NCBI GenBank assembly: GCA_000708835.1
Contig: DF237415.1
Location: forward strand, 1 to 64,000
DNA: 64,000 nt
Origin: Klebsormidium nitens
Lineage: Eukaryota > Plantae > Klebsormidiophyceae
Direction: 5' to 3'
Of the stretch, positions 53,871-64,000 are shown piece by piece (positions within the stretch are counted from its first letter, which is position 1; every line of letters starts with the position of its first letter). A program made the translations under genes and the position numbers. Below the pieces are notes generated by a model. That model made no database searches, was not told the DNA's origin, and saw only the letters and a program-made list of their open reading frames with translations.

Positions 53871-56800
53871 TCAAATACTGCTGATGCTTATAGAGTTCAT
53901 GCTCCAAGCGGTAGCCTGTTGCAGGACAACGGAATTGGATCCATTGTTGAAGAGAAACACTCGCGCTTCTTGATCCATGGCTCCGAGCGGGTACGAACGT
54001 GTTGTAACGACAGTGTGGCCCTTTTCCGCAAACACTTCAACCACCGAGTGGTCAACCTGCAGCAAGACGTCTCAAGTGAGATCGAAGTTTCAGTCCCATT
54101 CTCGGGCACATGATCTTGACAGAGAGGCATGGACTGTGCTGTCAGCTTCTTCGTTCTCAGATCGGTTTGCATCAACTTCCCAGCTGATTGTGAGGGTGCC
54201 TTTCTGGTCAGGCAGGTACGTTCATCATTTTAATGTTTGCTCTCACTTCACGAAGTATCAGATGAACCCTGTCTCTGCCAGCATTTCTAGCGTTGAGACT
54301 CCTCCGTTCTTGGGCAGCGGCATAAGACTTTCTGAGGCCCCTAGCGGCACGGTGGGCAGCTCCTTACGATCACTCTCATGCTCAGCGTCGCCCCGTCCCC
54401 TTCCCGCCTGACCGCGCTGCCGTAGACGCCCCGGTCCGTGTCGGGGGCCAGCGACGCGGCGCGCAGGTCGGTGCAGACGCGCGCCACCGCGGCAGTGCCG
54501 TTGCGCGCCAGCTCGAAGTAGGCCGCCGTCCGCTCCGCCCCGGCCGCCAGCACCGCGACGCCGAACGGGCCCACCGCCAGCGCGCCGCCGCCCGCCGACC
54601 CCTCTGCAACAGGCGGCCAAACAACTTGCAGCGGTCGAGAGAGACTGGCAACGACGAGGCATTCCAGCTGCTTCACGTGACGACGACGTCCTCGCCGAGG
54701 GGTCCAGTCCGCAGATACTAGCGGCCGCGCAAAAGACTGAAAGCTCACGAGCACGGACCCCTCCTCCCGCATCTAACGGAGCTGGTGCTAGAGGCAGTGG
54801 CCGTTTTCGCCAAGCACTGCGCGCTTTTGAGGAGGGCTGCATGCGTCACCTGGGCTGCAGCGGGACGGCTCGCTGGCGGCGGATGCGGGGGGCGGCGCTG
54901 CGGCCTCGTCCTGCGGGGGCAGGGTGAACGCCAGCTCCAGGTCCAGCTGCACGCAACGGGCGCCGCGAGCAGTCAGCCGGGAAGACGGGAAGAAGGCCCC
55001 TCAAATCTGACAGCCTCAACTTGAGGAAGCCGTCGAGAACTGCGAGACGGAAGCCACGAAGCTGTGCCGCCCGTGCGAAGCCACAACCGGGGCTTGCGGC
55101 CCTGACCTGGCAGCCCGCCACTCCCGGCAGCTCCAGCCGCGCCCCCGGCGGCAGCGTCACGTTGCGCAGCGTGGCCGCGTGCTTGCGCAGCGCGTCCACC
55201 TCCGCAACGGGCCACTGCACAATGTCCGCCCCGTCCGCGGCCAGCTCCACGGCGCGCGGCAACGCCTGCACACAGCGCGCCACACGCGCTCACCAGGGGC
55301 AACAGCTCGAAGGCGGGCGGAGTGCGCAGGGGCCCCCCAGGCGGGCACGGAACGACGTGCGCCCGTGACGGGAAGTTCTGCAGGCATTCATCGGGGGGCC
55401 GTTCGACGAAGTGAAGCAAAGCCAGCCGGCAGCCGCGCCGCCGCGCCACCTACCTGCACCGAGGCCCAACCTCGCCTGATATTGCTTTGCTGCGAGTCGG
55501 TTTCGTAGATCCACCCGAACAAGACACGCCGCCCCTTCACGGGATCGTAGAACGACTTGGAAGCATAGTACTGCACGGGAAAAAGGGCGGCGACAGGGGT
55601 GGCTGTCAGCAGCAGATGCAAATCGCGGTCGGCATGGCGGCAGCTATGGCAGGGTACCCAGCAGATCTGGCCACAGGCGCTTCCGCCCTTCTCGTGCCTT
55701 GCAGCATGGAAGGACACCGGCTGTGCACACCGGCCGGCTTGACACCCCGCGTTTGGCACGCAGCTGTGGCCCGCAACGGACCTTGCCGTAGTCGAGCAGC
55801 CTCCCCTGGCTGACGTCGTCCGGCCCGCGCGGCGCCCAGGTGTCGGTGGCGGCGTCATAGCTGCCGAGCGCGTACGAGTCGGTCAGCGTGTGGTCGATGC
55901 TTGCCTTGAGCACGTACGGCGTGCCGGCCGGGTGCACGCCCAACGGCAACCCCGCGTTGTGAGCGACAGGGAACAGATCTAGAACCACGGGAGGGCCCTC
56001 GTCAGCGGGCAGGCCCGGCGCGCAGCAAGCAGCGACGCAGGCCGTGCGAACAGGTGTACACTCGCATCCGGCAAGGCATGCATTATATCTAGCGCTCTGG
56101 ATCGCGATTGATAGCGTAAGATGTCAAGGTGAGCTCTCGAATCCAGCACACATACCAGTGGCGAAAAGGGTACATCGGCAACTCACCTGGGCACTCCCAC
56201 ATTGGGGAACCTGCGAATATAGGAATGCATCACATCAAGGTTCAGTCTTCAATGATCAAGTTTTCCTTTCGCCCTAACATTTCATTGAAGAATCAAGATT
56301 GAAGATTCAAGGTCAAGAGATTCAAGAGACGCTTGCACGCTCTCGGACGTCCTGAAGACGGCAGGCTGAGTTCTCCACGCAGTGCTGGAGCCCTAGCGAG
56401 CCCGTGTGCCCGCGTGCACAGGCGGGGAGGTGGCCGTACCTGGCACCGCGTGGAGGGGCGCGCTGGTCGGCGTCCAGGTGCGGAAGTCGGGGCTGCTGTA
56501 CATCTGCCAGGTACGAAAGAAATAACGCTGCTCTCAACCCGGAAACTTGGTACGATTCGCCAAAACGGTTGATGCCACGACAAAAAAATCTGCAAAGGCG
56601 CATTCGAAGGCCAGAACTGCAGGGCCGCAAGGTTCAAAGTACCCCTTTCCATTGCATCGGCGCCTCCATTAAAGGAGTCACGTTTAACGGCATTGGGTTC
56701 AACGGGCGACTCTGATGTCCGGCGCACTGTCTTCACGAGGCCAAGTGTGGATCTCTGAGAGCCGGTGCCCCCACCAGTGCCGCGCCAGAGCCGGCGAGCC

Positions 56801-59480
56801 GCGCCCCCACGAGCATGCGCCATCTGCCGTCTCCGGCCAGCCACTGCCATCAGACGGGCCACTCAGGGAGTCAGACGAGCCGCAGCCAGCAAAGTCGACA
56901 GCGTGGGATGCAAGTCTGCAAGCACAACAGACCGCAGAGGAGAAGAAAAGAATCTGACCAACGCAGCTGACGACGGCTGCTTCGCTAAGGAAACGTACCG
57001 CGGTCGTCGGATCCCGGAAATCCAGGTTGTTCACACCCGGGGGGGGAGATATCACAGGATTCTGCGGCGACTTTTTCCATTGACGCAGCAGAGGATCTGC
57101 AGCATCCACTGGCGTCGCCAGATTTTGAACCTGCAGGAGGGGCCGCCAAGAGGGTCCGTCAGGTGACGGTCGCGTAAATTGTTGGAACGCCTACACTACC
57201 CAGTGGGGCCGGCCATCAAGCGAGACGGCGACCTGGAGAACAGCCACGGACGGAGTGTGGCCAGACGGAATGGGACGTGCGAGTCACTGGACTGACGCAG
57301 GGCACCCGTCTGGCAAACGGCACGGGCAGCCGCCGTGGCCAGCGTGGTGCATGGCAGCATGGCAGCGTCGCTGGGCATCCCCGCGAGGGCTGGGCGCGGG
57401 CTGGGGGCTGACCTGCACCGACTGGTTGGTGAGCCCCGTGTACACCAGCACGACGCTGCCGTCCTGCAGCACGGTCGCAGACCCGGACCTGCACGCAAGC
57501 AGGGGCACGGCGTGAGCGGGACGAGGGGGAGGGGCGACCAGAAGGGCCGTGGGCCAATGGCGAGGGTGTCGCTGAGAAGAGTGCGGAAGGGGACGTAAGC
57601 GAGTAGGACGTGCTAGGGCCCAGTTGTCACTTGGGGAAGAAAGAACCAGCATGTGCTGAGCTGTGCTTTTTGGACTTTGATCTTAGACAGCACTTTGTTC
57701 AGGTTTGACAACTCCAAGGTGTATGCGGGACCAATACCCCCTATTGCATTTCAGAACGTAATTCATTTGGATTGCAAAGGAGCTTGTCTGGGCAAGGCCC
57801 GAAAACAAGACTGATAGTCTGGAAAGGATGCTTTCAAAAAGCAAGCCTGGCTGAAGTGTTGCTCAAATGCCTGATGGGTTGATTGCAGACTCACCAGACC
57901 CCCTGCCGATCGTACCATTCATCTGGCGCGAGCGCTGCAGGTTCAGAAGCACGAAAGTAGAATTCGTATCGACAAAAGCATAGAGACATGTTGCCAGCAG
58001 ATTACCCTTGTTCCCTAACAGAACGCCGATTTGCTTTGAACTTTCAAATGCGAGTGCAGATCAACCTGAGCTGGTGATTGCAAGTTGGCAAGAGCAAAGC
58101 TTCCAAACTGACTGCCGAGGTTCTACGCGTACATTGTGCAGCGATGCCATGTAGCCTGGAGGACGGGACGCCTACCAATGGGACCCGTGTTCCAGTGGAT
58201 CAGGTCACTGGAGACGGCATGGCCCCTGCACACAAGATCTGGATACTCACATCTCATCACAGCCAGGAAACCACTCTCATCTCAGAGTATGTCATCTGAG
58301 CTTTCTTGAGCAGTGCCAGGACTTGCTGCGCCCTATGCTCCATTTTACGCAGGTACCTCATTCACACAGGTAGCTCACATTGTTGACAGGATGCCTAGCG
58401 ATGGGGTTGACAGGAATCAGCGTTGAACTGTGTAAGCTTAGAAGATGAAAGGAGTTTACCATGTAATGTTTCCCCAAACTGCAGCGAGGCCGTTGTACTG
58501 CAAGTCCATGACAGAGAATCTTTTGAGCAGTAGGGCTAGCTTACAGCATCCATACTTCCTTCAGGAGTCAGCTACACCTGTAACCATTTGACCTCAATCT
58601 GCACTCAGACTATGTCAACGGTGTCTGCTTAACTGATACCAAGGCTTGTCAGACAACTGAGCCAAGTTGAGAGCTGTATACCTTCCAGACCTTTTTGACA
58701 TTCAAAAGGTCCTTAGTTTGGAAGCACCCTCTATATGCAACTTGCAAGATACGGGATTGATGACTCGAGCATACCTGAAAGAACAAGTGATAGTAGCCTT
58801 TGTAGAAGACCGGGCCTGCAAGGGGGGGAGATCAAAACAGATTGGTGCTGCTATCATTGTGCACAGAAGACGTGAGTCAGGACATGTTTGCAGGGTCAGT
58901 GGTCGGACAGTGGACCAGGTCTGCGGCACGTCAATCTGAATGGTGCGAGTTCTGTGTGCAACACTGAAGGTGGGGAAGCCGGCCTTGAGAGGCCAGCTAG
59001 ACTGGCAGTCATGTGAGGCAGGGTCCGAGTTGCAGCTGAAAGGGGCTCACCATTTGGATCATTCATCCAATGACCATCAGGTGGTTGAAAGTGAAACGCC
59101 GAGCGGTAGCTTGCTGCCAGAGATGGCTTGTGCTTGACTGCGTGCTTGCCGGTAGTGAGCTCCAGTACAATGCCAAGGCCCAACACTAGAAGAATAACTA
59201 TGGCAATTGCAAGCATGAGAACTTTCCTTTGCTCATACACTGCCCTTCTCCATCGCGCTTGTCTTGAGACAAGACGATGAGGCCAGAACTCTTTTTCCGG
59301 GCCCTCATTGCTGATGTCCAGTGTATGTCCCAAGATCTCCGCCTGATGGAAGGACGCATCATGAGATGCTGTAACATAGCCTGCCTTCGCTACCTCATTG
59401 TCTTTATCCAGGATGTCGATGCTAGCACTGTCTAAATTTCCCTGCTCCGGAAGCAAGCTTATTGCATCTTTCTCCTCCAT
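53871..59480 (-). CDS. GH32 acid invertase / fructosyl hydrolase-transferase, vacuolar-type (type II membrane N-terminus); about 14 exons
   Basis: Catalytic motifs [20 protein letters not shown] and MWECPD. Also [60 protein letters not shown] and VFLFNNG. N-terminal DAISLL dileucine, basic patch and hydrophobic TM segment. Confidence 0.93.
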
Positions 59481-59961
59481 CGGTTAGGCAGCTCATACGC
59501 CTACAACATGAATGTAAGCCTCTGACTTTTTTGAGATAGTTGACAGCCTTCTAAGGAGCCAGGAAAAGCTCTCGAAGCATGCCCCTCTGTTCCAAGTTTA
59601 CCAGCTGCCGAGGAGGGAATACATATTAAGAACTTTCAGCCCCGGCAGTGCTGGTTTCTCATTTCCTGAGCGCAGGGACCGAGATCACATGGTTTTCCGT
59701 CGATAGAGCCCCAGCAAAGCGCCCAGTCCTAGCAGCATGCTGTGAATTCATCCGCTGTAAATTTGCATGACTCAGATTTTAGGGTTTGACTTTTGACATG
59801 CAGATCTATGCACAGTCTCGTTCGGCCTTCACACGCTGGCTGTATAATACCTACGGTACATGATAAGTGCCGTAGCTGTAAACGGCAGGTCTAAGTGTCC
59901 TGTTCACGTATCCAGTCCCGTCCGTCGAGGTCTACAGCTGTCCTGAGACGTGAGTGAGTCG

Positions 59962-60076
59962 TTACAGCAATTTCCGGGGCAAGCTTCCCGGTTGCGATCG
60001 ATAAATACATACAGTAGGGTGCCCTATCTATCGATCGCAAGTTGCAACCGGGATGCTTCTTCCGAAACTGCTGTTA
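59962..60076. repeat. Imperfect fold-back (hairpin) in the GH32/GH5 divergent spacer
   Basis: Left arm TTACAGCAATTTCCGGGGCAAGCTTCCCGGTTGC matches the reverse complement of the right arm, TAACAGCAGTTTCGGAAGAAGCATCCCGGTTGC. Inside it is a perfect 12-bp stem TTGCGATCGATA (59992-60003) / TATCGATCGCAA (60029-60040). Confidence 0.75.
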
Positions 60077-60207
60077 AAATGTTTCAGCCCAGCTGGAGCG
60101 AGTAAATAACATTGTGAGAAACGTTGTGCCGGCAGAGAGCCCTCGTCAAGATAGACGGTTGGAAAGCCGGCATCAACTGGCCAATGCCTCTGAACGATAC
60201 AACCTAA

Positions 60208-60227
60208 TACGGTACCATGGTACCGTA
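60208..60227. repeat. Perfect 20-bp palindrome TACGGTACCATGGTACCGTA
   Basis: Read directly from the sequence. Confidence 0.95.
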
Positions 60228-60595
60228 CACAGCTAGTAGGCGGTATGGTTTCGGGTGTGTCGTACCCCGTCGGCGCTGGTCAAGAGACCGTAGGTAGGTA
60301 GGTACCGGTGCGGTGAAGGCTCTAGTCTAGAGAGTACCGCGGTAAGACTTCGCATGTGTATAATATGTAAATAGGTACCTAGAAAGGCAAAATCCCTAGC
60401 CACAGCCAGCAGGGCTCTGCATGTTTCAATGTGTTTGCCATAGGTACGCATGTTTTCCATTGCCCTTTCGCTTAATATCTTGAAGTTGTAAACCGTAGCT
60501 GGGTCCAAGACTCCGAGTGGGTCCAAGTCGCAGAGCAAGAGATTTCGCTAAGCTGAGCTTCAAATTCTACGTTCTATTGTTCTAAGCCATCCGCA

Positions 60596-63521
60596 ATGGG
60601 TATCACTAAGCCCCTCGGATGTGCGGTGCTGGTGCTGCTGGTGCAATTTCTGAGGGGCGTGCATAGCGGGGGCATGGCTAGCGCTATATCGACTGACGGC
60701 ATGCGTTTTGTGGATGCGGAGGGCAGGACTGTCATCCTGAGAGGGTTCAATGTCGCCGGCGATGCCAAGCTGCCAGACTACCGCCCCCTCAAAAACCTGA
60801 CCACTCTCAATGGTGAGCCATCTTCCCCTTTGCAAAGGCAGCATGCTGCGTAATTAGAAGCTCCTATGCAGGGCATGTGCCTGCATGTAATCATTTTCTT
60901 ATGCGGGAGTCTTTTGAGCACGTCTAGCAGACCCTCTCTGCCAAGCAGGTGAATTGCCACGCTGGACCATATTATGCTTTGACGCTGATTTATACTTCCC
61001 ACAGATCTGAGACGTTTTGGGGTGAATGTTGTGAGGAGCTTATTTATCTGGTAAGCGGAAAGAAGCCCTCTGCGCTCAAATAAGTCAGCAATTGCTAGTC
61101 CTTTTCTTCAGGGTTCTTGTACGTCAATTTCTGTTGTGCCCCTCATTCTTGAACCTCTCCATTCACTCCATCAGACTCTTTATGTTTTTCGCGTTAGCTA
61201 CTCTTCTTTATATATCATGGGATTTTGATGCTAAGAGGAATAGTTATAGACCATCTTCTGCTGGCTCCCAATTCTCGTGTTTCCCTCAGCTGCACTCGGC
61301 TGACTACCGCTCCCTGGCTTGTTGCTCCAAGTTTGCACGCTTTCCTTGATGACAAACCGCCTAGCAGCAAGGCACCTCATATGATCGGACTGGCCTCCTT
61401 GCACTCTCTGGCGTGCAGGGAGGCGTACGAGGGCGTGCGTGGGGTGTACGACGCCAGCTACCTGGAGTACCACCTGGGGGTGGTGGACCACCTCGCGCGC
61501 CTGGGCATCCACACCATCCTGGACATCCACCAGGTGAGGACGCCCCCCCGCACCTGCGCAGCCCCAGCCCAGCGGCTGCTGCAACCAAGCGGGCAAGCAG
61601 GCCAGGGCTGCCTGCCCTCTCATTGGGCTATTCTACAGGCTGAAGTCCACAAGACCTGGACGTCCTGGCTCCGCCGCGCTGACGATGGAAGGCCGGCTGC
61701 TGCTGCTGCAGGATGCATTCTCCCGCTATACGCTGGGGGGTTGCGGTGATGGCTTCCCGCTGTGGGCCATCCCTGCCCGCTTCTCTCCTGCGGCTCCGGA
61801 CAACTCCCTCCAGAATTGCTCCCGATGGGGGCCGAGGCTGGTCACGGATCAGCCCACCCGCCGTGTTTTTGAGGCCTTCTACAAGTGAGTGGGCTTGTGC
61901 AGCAGGAGCTGCGGCCAAGAGCCTAGACATGGCTTTGGAGGGCCTGCCCACTGGCGCCATCGCTCAAGAATACTGCTATGCAGGTTGAGGAGGATGAGAG
62001 TCTCCACAAACAGAGCGGGGGAAAGGCATCCTGAGTGTACTTGCATGCCGCTGTTTGAACTTGTCGATCTGCCTTCTCCGACATCCTGGTTTGTGCCACC
62101 CTGGCAGCAACGAGGGCGGCGTGCGAGACAGTTACCTGGCCCTGGTGGAACACCTGGCGGGCGTGTTCCGCACGCGGCCGTCTGTCATTGGCTTCGACCT
62201 GCTCAACGAGCCCGTGGGCGACGAGGTGCGCCACGTGGCCCCCCTCTACACCGACGCAGCCGCCCGCGTGCGCGGCGCCAACAGCAGCGCGCTCATCCTG
62301 GCGACCCCCGGCTTCCTCGTTGGCTCCGGCTTCGTGCCCACGCGGCTCCGCCCGCCGCCCGTGGACCACGCCGTCTTCAGCCCGCACTTCTACAACTTCG
62401 TCAGTGAGGACCCACCTGGCAAGCGCAGCGCAGCAAGCCTCCTCGTCTCTCAGCTGCGCCTGCGCACATGTCTGGACAGCGTGCAGGCAAGCCCCGCTGC
62501 TCCAGTCCTGATTGCCTGCCGGGTTCGTGCTGTGCAGACCTTGCTGGCGGCTACGACTTTGGTGTGTACACGCGCTCGGTGCTGCGGCGGCTGCTGGCCG
62601 TGTCGCGCTCATGGGGCGAGCCGCTGTTCTTGGGCGAGTTCGGGGTGTTCCACGGCCGCTTTGCCGACCTGTTTGCCGCCGACATGTACCGCTTCCTGGA
62701 CGACAACTTCCTGTCCGGCTGTCAGGTGCACCCGCTTCCCATACTCGACATTCCAGATTGTGGAAATGTGACTCCGTATTGTGTCGTCACTGATATGATA
62801 CACTCTGTTGTTGCATACGCCCCCAAAACTGCTGTGGCGCTTGCCCCCGCTCGTCGTGTGCGTGGCTGTCTGGCTGACCCCGCAGCTGGCGCGTGCAGTG
62901 GAGCTACACCACCAACTGGTCCCCCGACAAAAAAGATGGTTGGAACGGGTGAGCATCGTACCGCCACCAGACCCTCTCTCCAAGGAACAGGTTCTGCCAA
63001 ATTGTTCTGGAGTGCGGACCCTGTTAGCTTACCCGATCGGAACTTGCCTGTGGTCTTGCCCCTGGCTTTGCGCCTGGCTGGATAGCATGTCCTTGTTGCC
63101 GCCGCTCGTGCGTCAAAGATGCTGGCCCCACTCCGCCATTCCCTCGCCGCCTTATGTCCACCTCTGACTCGTTGGCCCGCACCTGGGCCCCCTCTGTCTC
63201 AGCGAAGATTTGTCCGTTGTGGCCGGCGGGGTAACGCGGGGCTTCCCCTTCACGCCATCTCCTCGAGTTCTTGCGGGGACCCCCCTTGTCGCTCGCACCG
63301 TGCCCCACGTCTCGTACGAGCTGTCGTGGCGCAGCAACGGGGCACCACGGACGAGGGCCGCCGAGATTTATTTTCCTCTGAACGAGTTCTGCGGTTCTAA
63401 CGGATTTGCAACTATTGAGGCATCCCCGTCGCTGGAGTGTGGGTATCAGGATGCATACTCTCTCCTGTGTAATCAAACAGCTGTTGCAGAGGGCACGCTC
63501 TCGGTGCGAGTAAATTGCTAG
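60596..63521 (+). CDS. Secreted GH5 glycoside hydrolase, endoglycoceramidase-like, with a C-terminal beta-sandwich; at least 7 introns
   Basis: Signal peptide, FVDAEGRTVILRGFNV, GVNVVRSLFIWEAYE, ILDIHQDAFSR..GCGDGFPLWA, acid/base DLLNEP, FSPHFY, nucleophile LGEFG, and WSYT...DGWNGEDLS. Confidence 0.88.
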
Positions 63522-64000
63522 GATAGAGGTTTCATTAAAACGCGCTCTCAAGGTGTTGTGGTACGTTATTTCCAGTGACACGTGCCAATGTGAACTTGAG
63601 ATAACAGGTTTTGTACGTTGTCGAGAGCATTCAGAGCCCCTGAATGTCATGCAGCAATCTGTTAGCCTAGGCTGCCCGATCAATCAGGATCAAGATCCAT
63701 GTTGTTGACGTACTATTGATAGGTGAGCAATCAAGGATGCAGCCGGTCACCATAGGCCGCACTGCATGCTTCGGGAACTCGGTAGTACAATAGTAAGATT
63801 AATCAAGTCAGTAAGTCAATAAGCAAGACCCGGACTAAAGTAAGATTGAGGTATGATGCTTGAAAGAGGTCCAGCCTGTACAATATTGAAGCTCGCCCGG
63901 TTGAACTATTCTTTTTCTTGTCAGGATTCAGTGCTTGACTCTGACCTCCACTTCAACCAGTGGTCAAGCCCGTCTTGACTTGGATCAAGCATTGAATAGG

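Noticed and set aside
56290-56330. TCAAGA/TTGAAGA repeats in a GH32 intron
   Set aside because: Short low-complexity repeat with no spacer structure; not CRISPR-like.
60596-63521. Bacterial contamination as the source of the GH5 gene
   Set aside because: The gene is split by at least 7 GT-AG introns in host style and is contiguous with host genes.

Overview
This window is eukaryotic nuclear DNA from an intron-rich green alga. It is probably a streptophyte alga, inferred from a class I HD-Zip, a plant-type MSD1 and a vacuolar-type GH32. Spliceosomal GT-AG introns are present throughout, and there are four N-gaps. Twelve spliced genes can be assembled by eye: class I HD-Zip (-), MSD1/SSX2IP-like (-), ATG7 (+), saccharopine-dehydrogenase-like oxidoreductase (-), FtsH4 (+), SRP14 (-), plastid DnaJ (+), HIG1/RCF1 (+), eIF3k (-), EMC10 (+), GH32 acid invertase-like (-) and GH5 endoglycoceramidase-like (+). 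Ten of these sit in five head-to-head pairs, with start codons 0.55-1.1 kb apart. The non-genic DNA contains a decayed retropepsin, a tRNA-like pseudogene and a 685-bp TIR element with a nested telomere-like mini-element. It also contains a fold-back hairpin, a perfect 20-bp palindrome and two dense GTAC clusters (upstream of HIG1 and of the GH5 gene). I found no CRISPR array, rRNA or prokaryotic operon, and no clearly new enzymatic system. The most interesting signals are gene architecture, regulatory clusters and evolutionary intermediates. All homology calls come from motif recognition only, with no database search. GC and word-frequency statements are by eye unless the sites are listed.
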